Origin: a virus
IMG/VR virus record: IMGVR_UViG_3300012347_000370
Coordinates: 1 to 58,850 of that record
Reading direction: 5' to 3' (one strand)
Length of the DNA: 58,850 nt
The stretch's first letter is position 1. Each line of letters opens with the position of its first letter. Both the position numbers and the translations under genes were made by a program. Under the pieces are notes generated by a model that saw only the letters and a program-made list of their open reading frames with translations, had not been told where the DNA came from and made no database searches. Shown here piece after piece: positions 8,509 to 17,582 of this stretch.

Positions 8509-8631
8509 ATGATTACCGTCCTTGTGTGGATTACCGGTTTCATGGCCGGAGGGATAGTCGCAACCGTCATCATGGCGCTGATCGCTGCCGGACGGCTCGA
8601 AGATAAAGAACTGGAGATTTGGCGTGACTGA
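8509..8631 (+). CDS. Small membrane peptide (40 aa)
   Basis: SD is GGAGAAG. My translation is MITVLVWITGFMAGGIVATVIMALIAAGRLEDKELEIWRD. It overlaps the GTG start of the next gene. Confidence 0.45.
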   Translation: MITVLVWITGFMAGGIVATVIMALIAAGRLEDKELEIWRD

Positions 8632-8938
8632 ACTGATGGCCCTTCAAATGAAGTACGACCTTCCGCCCTCGCTGGCGAAGATCCTACTCATGCTGGCGCA
8701 AAACCATGTGGTGACCGCTCGCATGATCGAGATCGACACGCGCCTGACGAAGGACGCCAAGGTCGCCATGCACCGGCTGCGCCGTCGCCTCGAAGGTTCG
8801 TCCGTCGAGATCAAGTCTCGGCGCGACGTTGGCTACTGGCTGGAGGCCGACAGCCGCTCGGTCGTCCTCGAGTCGTCGAAGACCATGGAGACGCCCCTTG
8901 GTGACGGGGGCTTCGGCGGAGCGAGTGCCGCCGCATAG
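8624..8938 (+). CDS. Stand-alone OmpR/PhoB-type winged-helix DNA-binding protein
   Basis: VAMHRLRRRLEGSSVEIKSRRDVGYWL resembles the Trans_reg_C recognition helix and wing. GTG start lies 8 nt after GGAG. Confidence 0.6.
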   Translation: MTELMALQMKYDLPPSLAKILLMLAQNHVVTARMIEIDTRLTKDAKVAMHRLRRRLEGSSVEIKSRRDVGYWLEADSRSVVLESSKTMETPLGDGGFGGASAAA

Positions 8939-8962
8939 TCACCAACCTCCCTGTTGCAACTG

Positions 8963-8988
8963 CCCCCCGAGAAATCGGGGGGCCTTTT
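8963..8988 (+). terminator. Rho-independent terminator
   Basis: CCCCCCGA-GAAA-TCGGGGGG followed by CCTTTT. Confidence 0.75.
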
Positions 8989-9003
8989 ACCCCGAGAGGT
9001 AAT

Positions 9004-9453
9004 ATGAGTTTTGGAACCAAGTGGGACGCACGCTTCCTTGACCTCGCGGCCCACGTCGCATCCTGGAGCAAAGACCCCGGCACGCAGGTCGGTGCCGTCA
9101 TCGTCCGGCCTGATCGCACCATCGCATCATTGGGCTACAACGGCTTCCCGCGCGGCGTCGACGACACCTATACCACCCGCGACGACAAGCTGCTCCGCAC
9201 CGTCCACGCCGAGATGAACGCCATCCTCGCATCGCGTGAGCGCCTCGACGGATGCACGGTCTACGTCTACCCGCTCTGCCCCTGCTCGAACTGCGCGGCC
9301 GCCATCATCCAGTCGGGGATCAGCACGGTCGTGCACCCGCTGATGAAGCCCCGCCCTGAGTGGGAACTCTCCTTCCAAGCCTCGGCGGACATGTTCGCCC
9401 AAGCAGGTGTCCGCATGGTCGGGTACCAGACCCAGCTCGAATTGGACATCTGA
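9004..9453 (+). CDS. dCMP (deoxycytidylate) deaminase
   Basis: Zinc motifs HAEMNAI and PCSNCA; GAGAGGTAAT-ATG. Confidence 0.88.
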   Translation: MSFGTKWDARFLDLAAHVASWSKDPGTQVGAVIVRPDRTIASLGYNGFPRGVDDTYTTRDDKLLRTVHAEMNAILASRERLDGCTVYVYPLCPCSNCAAAIIQSGISTVVHPLMKPRPEWELSFQASADMFAQAGVRMVGYQTQLELDI

Positions 9454-10139
9454 TGAAACTCGTTACCTCGGGCGGTAAGCCCAAACCCTTCTCGTGGAGC
9501 TACTCCAAGCTCAAGAACTACGAGAGCTGCCCCAAGCGGTACTTCCATGTGGACGTCGAGAAGACGGTCAAGGAAGAGGAGAGCGAGCAGCTCGCCTACG
9601 GCAACGCCATCCACAAGGCGCTGGCGGAAGCGATCTCGGGCAAGGCTCCGCTGCCGAAGCACTTCGGTCATGTGCAGGGTTGGGTGGACAAGGTTACCGG
9701 CGGGGTAACGGGCAAGATCCTCGTCGAGCAGCAGCTCGCCATCCGGCAGGACTTCTCTCCGACCGAGTGGTTCGGGCGGGATGCTTGGTATCGCGGCATC
9801 GCCGACGTCATCAAGGTCGTCGGTCCGGTCGCCATCGTGCTGGACTGGAAGACGGGCAAGATCCTCGAGGACGGCGTGCAGCTCGCGCTCATGGCGCAGT
9901 GCGTGTTCTCGCACCATCCGGAAATCCAGAAGATCAGGACCGAGTTCGTGTGGCTGAAGGAGGACGCCACCACGCGCGCCGACTTCGCCCGCGAGGACAT
10001 GGTCAACGTGTGGAACGGCGTGCTGCCCCGCGTGCAGACGCTCGAGGCCGCGCACAAGGGTGCCAACTTCCCGCCGAAGCCTGGCTACCTGTGCCGCAAG
10101 TGGTGCCCTGTCACACAGTGCCCCCATCACGGGGTCTGA
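9453..10139 (+). CDS. PD-(D/E)XK nuclease, Cas4/RecB-like
   Basis: ATG overlaps the upstream TGA. It has IADVI..VLDWKTGK, an N-terminal Cys (YESCPKRY) and a C-terminal CRKWCPVTQC cluster. Confidence 0.75.
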   Translation: MKLVTSGGKPKPFSWSYSKLKNYESCPKRYFHVDVEKTVKEEESEQLAYGNAIHKALAEAISGKAPLPKHFGHVQGWVDKVTGGVTGKILVEQQLAIRQDFSPTEWFGRDAWYRGIADVIKVVGPVAIVLDWKTGKILEDGVQLALMAQCVFSHHPEIQKIRTEFVWLKEDATTRADFAREDMVNVWNGVLPRVQTLEAAHKGANFPPKPGYLCRKWCPVTQCPHHGV

Positions 10140-10265
10140 GCTGCCCTGACTGGCCGGGCAAAGGCCAGCGGTAAGTCGGGAGTGCCTGCGGGACTGGGTT
10201 CACATTTCGCACCTGCTAACTCCGACAGCGAAGAGCCGGTCACCTCCTTGCCGGTGGATTCGTAA

Positions 10266-10293
10266 GGGGGGTCGTCCCACCGACCCCCCTTTT
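10266..10293 (+). terminator. Rho-independent terminator
   Basis: GGGGGGTCG-tcccac-CGACCCCCC followed by TTTT. Confidence 0.8.
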
Positions 10294-10311
10294 CAATCCT
10301 TAACAAAGAGG

Positions 10312-10340
10312 TTGACAAGTAACCTTCAAGTAATTATATA
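10312..10340 (+). promoter_or_regulatory. sigma70-like promoter (TTGACA-N17-TATATA), predicted leaderless transcript
   Basis: Consensus -35, 17-nt spacer and good -10. ATG 10347 lies only 6 nt past the -10. Confidence 0.65.
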
Positions 10341-10346
10341 GATACC

Positions 10347-10640
10347 ATGGCAGAGACACCCGAGAGCAAGGTAAAACGTAAGGTTTCTGGCTTGCTAAAA
10401 GCGACGCCGGGGGTATGGTACACGATGCCGGTGCCTTCGGGATTCGGGGAAAGCACCCTCGATTACATGGGGTGTTACCTCGGCAGGTTTTTTGCCATTG
10501 AGACCAAGGCGCCCGGCAAGCAGCCGACGCTACGGCAAAAGCAGATGATCGCTTCGATTGAAAGGAGCGGCGGAAAAGCCTTCGTCATAGACGGAGACAC
10601 CACGGAACTCGAACACTGGTTGAAGGACCACCACTCCTAA
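10347..10640 (+). CDS. VRR-NUC domain nuclease
   Basis: LDYMG..FFAIETKAPGKQPTLRQKQ gives the D..E-x-K core. It is coupled to the SNF2 helicase by a TAATG overlap. Confidence 0.7.
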   Translation: MAETPESKVKRKVSGLLKATPGVWYTMPVPSGFGESTLDYMGCYLGRFFAIETKAPGKQPTLRQKQMIASIERSGGKAFVIDGDTTELEHWLKDHHS

Positions 10641-12190
10641 TGACCATCCACGTCAGCCCCAAGCATGGCGTCGTCGGCGTCCCCCTTCGCTCCGATCTCG
10701 CCAACCTCTTCCCCGATGCCAAGCGCGTTACCTTGAACGGTAACGATCTCATGCTGATCCGGCACGGCATCGACGAGACGAAACTTCTACGAAATCTCGG
10801 GCTGTCGGTTCCGACACCCATCCTCGCCCAGTACGACTGGGAAGGCGGCAAGCCCTTCGACGTCCAGAAGAAGACGGCCGCCATGCTCACCATGAACAAG
10901 CGCGCCTACGTGCTGAACGGCATGGGGACCGGCAAGACCAAGGCTTCGCTCTGGTCGTGGCGCTACCTCAACCGTCGCGGCGAGGCAGGGAAACTCCTCG
11001 TCGTGGCGCCCCTCTCCACGCTCAACTTCACCTGGGCGCGCGAGATTTTCCAGACGCTCCCCGGCGTCAAGGTGCAGGTGCTCCACGGCACCAAGCAGAA
11101 GCGGCTCCAGAAGCTCTCCGACCCCGAGGCGGAGGTCTACATCATCAACCACGACGGGCTCATCGTGATCGCGGACGAGCTCGCCAAGCGCCCCGACATC
11201 GACACGATGGTGCTGGACGAGCTGGCGGTCTACCGCAACGGCACCGCCACGCGCACCAAGGTTACCCGCAAGGTAGCGGCAGGCATGAAGTACGCCTGGG
11301 GCATGACCGGCTCGCCGACGCCCAATCAGCCGACCGACGCATGGTCGCAGTGCACGATCATCACCCCGCACACGGTGCCGAAGTACTTCAACCGGTTCCG
11401 CGACGAGGTGATGAACAAGATCACCAACTTCAAGTGGGCACCCAAGCACAACGCCCTCGACCGCGTCTTCGAGGTCATGCAGCCCGCCGTGCGCTTCACG
11501 CTGGACGACGTCGTGGAGCTGCCCGAGCTGGTGGAGCGCACCGTCGACATCGACATGGGGCCGAAGCAGGCCAAGGTCTATAAGACCATGGAAAATCAGG
11601 CCCATGTGATGATCCAGTCGCAGGAGATCACGGCGATGAACGCCGGGGCCGTGCTGAACAAGCTGCTCCAGATTTCGTGCGGCTACATCTACACGCGCGA
11701 TGGTCAGGTGGTGACGCTCGACAACGAGGAGCGCCTCACCGCGCTGGTCGATGCCGTCAACTCCACCGACCGCAAGGTGATCGTCTTCGTGCCCTTCGTC
11801 CACGCGCTGGAGGGCATCAAGAAGCGCCTTACCTCGGAAGGTTACGACGTCCGCGCCATCTCCGGTGCCACGCCCAAGGGCGACCGCGACGAGATTTTCA
11901 ACCTCTTCCAGAACTCCAGCGCCATCAAGGTGCTGGTGGCTCACCCCCAGTGCATGGCCCACGGTCTCACGCTGACGGCTGCCGACACGATCATCTGGTT
12001 CGCGCCCATGCCGAACCTGGAGATCTTCGAGCAGGCGAACGCGCGCATCCGCCGTGTCGGCCAGAAGCACAAACAGCAGATCCTCATGTTCAGCGCCACG
12101 AAAGCTGAGCAGCGGATGTACGCCAAGCTGCGTGCAAAACAGAAGGTCCAGAACACTCTCCTCGAGATGTTCGCGGACGCAACCGAGTAA
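10640..12190 (+). CDS. SNF2/DEAD-like helicase
   Basis: Walker A is GMGTGKT and motif II is VLDELAVYRN. It has a C-terminal helicase domain (QANARIRRVGQ). Confidence 0.85.
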   Translation: MTIHVSPKHGVVGVPLRSDLANLFPDAKRVTLNGNDLMLIRHGIDETKLLRNLGLSVPTPILAQYDWEGGKPFDVQKKTAAMLTMNKRAYVLNGMGTGKTKASLWSWRYLNRRGEAGKLLVVAPLSTLNFTWAREIFQTLPGVKVQVLHGTKQKRLQKLSDPEAEVYIINHDGLIVIADELAKRPDIDTMVLDELAVYRNGTATRTKVTRKVAAGMKYAWGMTGSPTPNQPTDAWSQCTIITPHTVPKYFNRFRDEVMNKITNFKWAPKHNALDRVFEVMQPAVRFTLDDVVELPELVERTVDIDMGPKQAKVYKTMENQAHVMIQSQEITAMNAGAVLNKLLQISCGYIYTRDGQVVTLDNEERLTALVDAVNSTDRKVIVFVPFVHALEGIKKRLTSEGYDVRAISGATPKGDRDEIFNLFQNSSAIKVLVAHPQCMAHGLTLTAADTIIWFAPMPNLEIFEQANARIRRVGQKHKQQILMFSATKAEQRMYAKLRAKQKVQNTLLEMFADATE

Positions 12191-12205
12191 CCCATGGAGG
12201 TAATT

Positions 12206-12631
12206 ATGTCCGACACCACCACTGTCGACATCAGCCAGATTCCGCTTCCCGAGAACGTCGACGAGCTCGTCTCGCAGTACGTCAGGCTGCGCGACCGCAT
12301 CAAGGAAGCGGACGACGCGCACAAGAAGAAGACCGCCAGTGCTCGAGAGCTTCTCGAGAAGCTGAACGGCAAGATGCTCGAGCGCCTGAACGACCTCGGC
12401 GGCGAGAGCGTCAAGACGTCCGCCGGCACCGTCTACCGCACCACGAAGAAGTCGGCCTCCATCGCGGATGGCGACCTGTTCCGTGGCTGGGTCATCGAGA
12501 ACGGCGCCTATGACGTCGTCGACTGGAAGGCCAACGCCAACGCGGTCGAGGACTTCATCAAGGCTGAGGGCACGCCCCCGCCCGGCGTCAACTACAGCCA
12601 GACCTATCTCGTCGGCGTCCGCCGCGCATAA
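12206..12631 (+). CDS. Hypothetical coiled-coil protein (141 aa)
   Basis: The second ATG follows GGAGGTAAT; the first ATG (12194) lies inside the junction motif. Confidence 0.6.
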   Translation: MSDTTTVDISQIPLPENVDELVSQYVRLRDRIKEADDAHKKKTASARELLEKLNGKMLERLNDLGGESVKTSAGTVYRTTKKSASIADGDLFRGWVIENGAYDVVDWKANANAVEDFIKAEGTPPPGVNYSQTYLVGVRRA

Positions 12632-12646
12632 CCCCAAGAGGTAACC

Positions 12647-12880
12647 ATGCCCGAACACAATCCCCTGCCCGTCTCCGGGTACACCCCGCAGAACGAGGCC
12701 AACGTCGCTCTGGTCAACCAGAACAAGCGCATCGAGGAAGGGGTTCTCCGGCAGCTCGACCTGCTGGCGGATAACCCCGAGACCGACAAGCGGTGGCTCG
12801 CCATCGCCCGCACCCACATCGAGCAGGGCTTCATGGCGGTCAACCGGTCCGTCTTCAAGCCCGGCCGCACTCAGCTCTAA
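12647..12880 (+). CDS. Hypothetical protein (77 aa)
   Basis: AGAGGTAACC-ATG; stop TAA. Confidence 0.65.
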   Translation: MPEHNPLPVSGYTPQNEANVALVNQNKRIEEGVLRQLDLLADNPETDKRWLAIARTHIEQGFMAVNRSVFKPGRTQL

Positions 12881-12898
12881 TCCTCAGAGGTAACATCC

Positions 12899-13984
12899 AT
12901 GTCTACTGAACTCTCCCTGCCGAAAGGCTTTGGCGCCGTCTCGTCCGTGTTCGGCGGCGCACCCCAGGGCTCCAACGATGAGCTCGGCGCTGGCGTCTCG
13001 TCGTCCTATGGCGTGATCGGCTACAAGGGCAAGGTCTGGTCGCTGCGCTACCAGACCACCGATGAAGTCCTGATGCGCGAGGATGGCGATGGCCCGCGCA
13101 ACTCCATCGAGGTCGTGATCGTCAAGGCGTCGCCCGCCGTGTCGAAGATCTTCTACAAGGGCGGTTACGTCGAGGGCTCCAGCGCGGCTCCCGACTGCTG
13201 GTCGGCCAACGGCGTCACGCCCGACGGCTCGGTGCAGAACAAGGTCCACACCACCTGCGCCGACTGCCCGATGAACGCCTGGGGCTCGCGGGTTACCGAG
13301 GCAGGTAAGCAGGGCAAGGCTTGCGCCGACAGCCGCCGTGTTGCCGTCGTCCCGGTGGGCGACATCGACAACGACCGCTTCGGTGGTCCGATGCTGCTGC
13401 GTATCCCCGCCGCCTCGCTGAAAGACCTCAAGGCATACGGCGACCTGCTGAACGGCTACAACTACCCCTACTACGCCGTCGCCACCCGCGTGTCCTTCGA
13501 CCCGAAGGAAGCCTACCCGAAGTTCGTGTTCCAGGCGATCCGCCCGCTGACGGATGCCGAGGCCATGAAGATCAAGGCGCTGCGTGACGACAAGCGCGTC
13601 GGCACCGTGCTGGCCGAGACGGCTGTGTCCGCTGCACCGCAGGCGGCGCAGGTGGCGTCCAGCCCTTTCGAGCAGCCCCCGGCCACGCCTTTCGAGCAGC
13701 CTGCTGCCGTGGCTACCCCCGCTCCGTCTGCCCCGGCGCAGGCGAAGACCACTGCGGCCTCACCGGCGTCCCCCAGTGCCCAGACTGACGCTCAGGCCGC
13801 TGCGAAGGCCGAGAAGAAGCGCAAGGCTGCCGCCGCTGCCGCCGAAGCCGCACGCCTGGCTGCGCTCGCCGCCGCTGAGGCCGACGAGGAAGACGAGGAC
13901 GACCAGCCGTCCATGGTTACCCCCGTGGGTAACGAAGGCACCGTGCCGTCGTCCTTCGACGACATGCTCGACAAGATCCTCTGA
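12899..13984 (+). CDS. Putative ssDNA-binding protein (acidic C-terminal tail)
   Basis: Lies between helicase and primase. It has an Ala/Pro-rich linker and then an acidic tail, EADEEDEDD...SSFDDMLDKIL, as in phage SSBs. Confidence 0.45.
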   Translation: MSTELSLPKGFGAVSSVFGGAPQGSNDELGAGVSSSYGVIGYKGKVWSLRYQTTDEVLMREDGDGPRNSIEVVIVKASPAVSKIFYKGGYVEGSSAAPDCWSANGVTPDGSVQNKVHTTCADCPMNAWGSRVTEAGKQGKACADSRRVAVVPVGDIDNDRFGGPMLLRIPAASLKDLKAYGDLLNGYNYPYYAVATRVSFDPKEAYPKFVFQAIRPLTDAEAMKIKALRDDKRVGTVLAETAVSAAPQAAQVASSPFEQPPATPFEQPAAVATPAPSAPAQAKTTAASPASPSAQTDAQAAAKAEKKRKAAAAAAEAARLAALAAAEADEEDEDDQPSMVTPVGNEGTVPSSFDDMLDKIL

Positions 13985-14046
13985 GACGCGGACCGAGGGG
14001 GCGGGCAACACCTGCCCCCTCTCTATTTTCTGGAACGGAGAACGCC

Positions 14047-16899
14047 GTGGTCGAGCACGCGCGCCAATTTCTGAGCAGGGTGATCCCGCAGCCGTCCCCG
14101 GATGGGTCGGCCTATCTGAACATCCACTGGTCCGGCCTGACCGATGAGGGCCGTCGATTCTGGGATGGTCGAGCCTGCGCCTCCGTGGACGAGGCGATCA
14201 AGACCATCAACTGGGTCAACAAGATGGGCGACAAGGACATCTATGTCTGCATGTCGCTCCAGTCCAAGATGGAGGAGAAGACCTCCGGCAAGGGCAACAA
14301 GTACAAGAAGGCGCTGCGCCTCGCTGACGATGCCGTCAGCCTTCGCTCGTTCTTCATCGACGTCGACGTCAAGGAGGAAGCCTACCCCGACACGCGCACG
14401 GCGCTGGCGGCGTTCAAGGATTTCATCGACGCGGTGGGACTACCGATCCCGACCGCCGTGGTGGCGTCAGGCTCCGGCGGCTTCCACGCCCACTGGGTGG
14501 TGGAGCGCGACCTCGCACCCGCTGAATGGCAGGTGGTCGCCTTCGCCCTTGCCGAGGCCACCAAGCAGCAAGGGCTGATCACCGACAGCCAGTGCACCAT
14601 CGACAGCGCCCGCATCCTGCGCGTCCCCAACACCTTCAACCGCAAGAGCGGGGAGCCCAAGCCCGTCACCCTGATGAGCCTTGGTGCCGAGACGACCTAT
14701 GACACCATGGCATCGGTGCTCGAGCCCTACCGTCAGGCGATTACCCCGAGGGTAACCACCAAGATCGAAGCCAACGACGATCTCGGGGCCAACCTGACCA
14801 GCGCGCCGCACCAGGAACTCCAGATCACCGAGATCGCCAAGCAGTGCGGCTTCATCGCCCGCACCATCGGCACCGGTGGCAAGGACAACCCGCAGCCGCT
14901 CTGGTTCATGACCGCCTCCATCGCGACCTTCGTCGAGGACGGGCGCGATGCGTTCCACCTGATGTCGAACCAGCACCCGGGCTATCGGCCGAAGGACACG
15001 GACGAGCTCTACGACCGCGTCGTCGCCAACCAGAAAAAGCGCGACCTGGGCTGGCCGAAGTGCCAGAAGATCGCAGCCTACGGCGCGAAGGAGTGTCAGG
15101 GCTGCCCCCTGCTGGCGCAGAACAAGTCGCCGCTGAACTTCGCCCTGCCTGCCGCCAACGACCAGCCCGACAACACGCTGCCGGAGAAGTACGCCCGCAG
15201 CGCCGAGGGGCTGATCCTCTATCGGCACGTCGATGACGATGGCGTCGTGACGACCATCCCCATCTGCCACTACCCCATCCTGAACGGCTGGCTCTCCAAC
15301 AACCCGTGGACCTTCCATTTCACCACGCGGGGCGAGACCGGGCGCAAGCACACGGTGGAGGTACCTGCCGAGGTAATCTTCGCCAAGGACGGGTTCAACA
15401 AGTACCTCGGTGCGAAAGGCTTCTTCCTCACAGACAAGCAGTACAAGATCCTCAAGGAGTTCTTCGTGAGCTGGCTTCAGAAACTTCAGACCCAGAAGGA
15501 CAGCGTGATCTCTGCCGCACCCTTCGGATGGTCGGTGGTCGACGGGAAGATCGAGGGCTTCGCCTTCGGTTCCCGCGTCTGGATGAAGGATGGTGACCGC
15601 CCTGCGGCCAACCCCAATCCGGTCCTCCAGTACCAATACACCCCGAAGGGCGACATCGCTCCGTGGCGTGAGCTCGCCCGCATCGTCTACGAGCAGAACC
15701 GCCCCTCGCTGAACGCGATCCTCGCCGTGGCCTTCGCTGGTCCGCTGGTGAAATTCACCGGGTTCCCCGGTCTGATCATGAACGCCTACAGCCAAGAGTC
15801 CGGCATCGGCAAGACGACCGCCATGAAGTGCTCGCAGGCGGTCTGGGGCCACCCCGTGCTGGCGATGCAGGCGCTCAACGACACCACCAACTCGGTGCTC
15901 GGCAAGATGGGTCAGATCAGGTCGCTGCCGGTCTACTGGGACGAATTGAAGTCCGAGCAGCAGGTGAAGCGGTTCTGTTCCATCGTGTTTGACCTGACCG
16001 GCGGGCGCGAGAAGACGCGGATGAACGCCGACGCCACGCTCAAGATGAGCGGCACCTGGCAGACCATGCTGGTGTCAGCGTCCAACGACTCCATCATCGA
16101 CGGCATGGCGCGCGAGGTGGGCTCCACCACGGCTGGCCTGCACCGCCTGTTCGAGTACGTCGTGCCGAAACCTGAGCAGGTAACTCACGACGTCGGGGCC
16201 GTGCAGCGCCTCGCCGGCAAGCTCGAGGACAACTACGGCCACGCTGGCATGATGTACGCCAAGTTCCTCGGCCTGAATTGGAAGCGCATCGAGCAGGAGG
16301 TCGCCTCGGTTCAGGACGACATCTGTCGCGAGATCGGCGTCAAGCAGGAGGAGCGGATGTGGGCAGCCACGATCACCGTCATCCTCAAGGGCGCGGACTA
16401 TGCCAACGAGCTCGGCCTGACCAACATCGACGTGCCCGCGCTCAAGGACTTCCTCTTGGACGTTCTCTCGAAGATGCGCGGCGAGGTCGAGGCATCCCCG
16501 ACGTCGATGAACAACGACATGTCCGTGTCGTCCATCCTCGCCGAGTTCCTGAACAACACCCGGTCGCGCAACACCCTGATCACCAACCGCATCTGGGTGT
16601 CGAAGGGCAAGCCGACCAAGGGGGCCATCCAGGTTCTCGTGGACGCCAGCAAGCTGGGCGAGATCGCCGTGCAGATCGGGCGCGAGGACAAGCTGATCCG
16701 CATCTCGTCCACCTTCCTGACGCGCTGGATGGGCGAGCGGGGCTACAGCCGCCACACCTTCATCAAGAAGCTGGAAGCTGAGTTCGGGCTCCAGAAGGTG
16801 AACGGCAAGCTGGGCGGCGGCACCGACATGGCCTGCGCCATGGAGCACCTGGTGGAGCTGGACATGAACCACCCGAAGCTGTCGGCGTTCCTCGAATGA
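14047..16899 (+). CDS. Bifunctional AEP primase-polymerase / P-loop (SF3/DUF927-like) helicase
   Basis: AEP motifs FFIDVDVK (DxD) and SGSGGFHAHW; Walker A is SQESGIGKTT. GTG start follows GGAGAA. Confidence 0.8.
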   Translation: MVEHARQFLSRVIPQPSPDGSAYLNIHWSGLTDEGRRFWDGRACASVDEAIKTINWVNKMGDKDIYVCMSLQSKMEEKTSGKGNKYKKALRLADDAVSLRSFFIDVDVKEEAYPDTRTALAAFKDFIDAVGLPIPTAVVASGSGGFHAHWVVERDLAPAEWQVVAFALAEATKQQGLITDSQCTIDSARILRVPNTFNRKSGEPKPVTLMSLGAETTYDTMASVLEPYRQAITPRVTTKIEANDDLGANLTSAPHQELQITEIAKQCGFIARTIGTGGKDNPQPLWFMTASIATFVEDGRDAFHLMSNQHPGYRPKDTDELYDRVVANQKKRDLGWPKCQKIAAYGAKECQGCPLLAQNKSPLNFALPAANDQPDNTLPEKYARSAEGLILYRHVDDDGVVTTIPICHYPILNGWLSNNPWTFHFTTRGETGRKHTVEVPAEVIFAKDGFNKYLGAKGFFLTDKQYKILKEFFVSWLQKLQTQKDSVISAAPFGWSVVDGKIEGFAFGSRVWMKDGDRPAANPNPVLQYQYTPKGDIAPWRELARIVYEQNRPSLNAILAVAFAGPLVKFTGFPGLIMNAYSQESGIGKTTAMKCSQAVWGHPVLAMQALNDTTNSVLGKMGQIRSLPVYWDELKSEQQVKRFCSIVFDLTGGREKTRMNADATLKMSGTWQTMLVSASNDSIIDGMAREVGSTTAGLHRLFEYVVPKPEQVTHDVGAVQRLAGKLEDNYGHAGMMYAKFLGLNWKRIEQEVASVQDDICREIGVKQEERMWAATITVILKGADYANELGLTNIDVPALKDFLLDVLSKMRGEVEASPTSMNNDMSVSSILAEFLNNTRSRNTLITNRIWVSKGKPTKGAIQVLVDASKLGEIAVQIGREDKLIRISSTFLTRWMGERGYSRHTFIKKLEAEFGLQKVNGKLGGGTDMACAMEHLVELDMNHPKLSAFLE

Positions 16900-17228
16900 G
16901 CTACCAGAAGCGCCTGCGGCCTTTCCTGGAATATCTCGAGTCCCTCGGGCTCGAGGTACTGGAAATCACCACCAGCGGTTCATCGCATTACAAGATCACG
17001 GTTACCCTCGGGGGTAACCGCCGCTTCTTCATGGCTCCCTATTCTCCGTCGGACCGTCGCGCCTTCGAGAACTGGAAGTCGAACATTCGCAAATGGATCA
17101 AGGAGGTCGAACATGATGCCCAAGCGAACCGTACTGGTTCCAAACCGCAACTTCACAAGCTCGGCGGACGGTCATCTACCCCGCTCGGCCGTGAGCGTGG
17201 CGGCGGCGCCATGGGAGCTCGAGGCTGA
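16896..17228 (+). CDS. Hypothetical protein, weakly HicA/YcfA-like; 3' end uncertain
   Basis: ATGA coupling to the primase gene; has SGSSHYKITVTLGGNRRFF. The last ~38 codons overlap the next gene and look non-protein-like. Confidence 0.45.
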   Translation: MSYQKRLRPFLEYLESLGLEVLEITTSGSSHYKITVTLGGNRRFFMAPYSPSDRRAFENWKSNIRKWIKEVEHDAQANRTGSKPQLHKLGGRSSTPLGRERGGGAMGARG

Positions 17229-17355
17229 GCTGAACCGGCTGGGCGTGGTGGAGCTCAAGCCCGCCATCTTGCGCCAGCCGCGCCCCGGCAAACTCGCGCC
17301 GGACCCCAAGCCCGCTGGCAAGTTTTACCGCAACGGCGAAGAGCCCGAGTTCTGA
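17113..17355 (+). CDS. Hypothetical protein (80 aa)
   Basis: Strong SD (AAGGAGG) lies 6 nt before ATG 17113. Confidence 0.55.
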   Translation: MMPKRTVLVPNRNFTSSADGHLPRSAVSVAAAPWELEAELNRLGVVELKPAILRQPRPGKLAPDPKPAGKFYRNGEEPEF

Positions 17356-17364
17356 GGAGAGAAC

Positions 17365-17574
17365 ATGGAATACTGGACTATTATGTGGATCACCATGCTG
17401 GGCGGCCCCTACGATGGGCAGGGCTCGTTCGTCGTCTACCCCTCGCTGGAGACGTGCGAGGCTGCGCTGGTGACCGTCAGCGACACGCTGCCCTACGATC
17501 ACAACCTGCTGTGCGAGGAGACGGTGACGCTGTCGGCGTCGATCCGCCCGAAGCGCCGCCCGGAGAATCTCTGA
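17365..17574 (+). CDS. Small hypothetical protein (69 aa), paralogue of 2095..2265
   Basis: SD is GAGGAGAG. Has MEYWTIMWITMLGGPYDG..ETCEAAL. Confidence 0.6.
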   Translation: MEYWTIMWITMLGGPYDGQGSFVVYPSLETCEAALVTVSDTLPYDHNLLCEETVTLSASIRPKRRPENL

Positions 17575-17582
17575 GGTAACCG

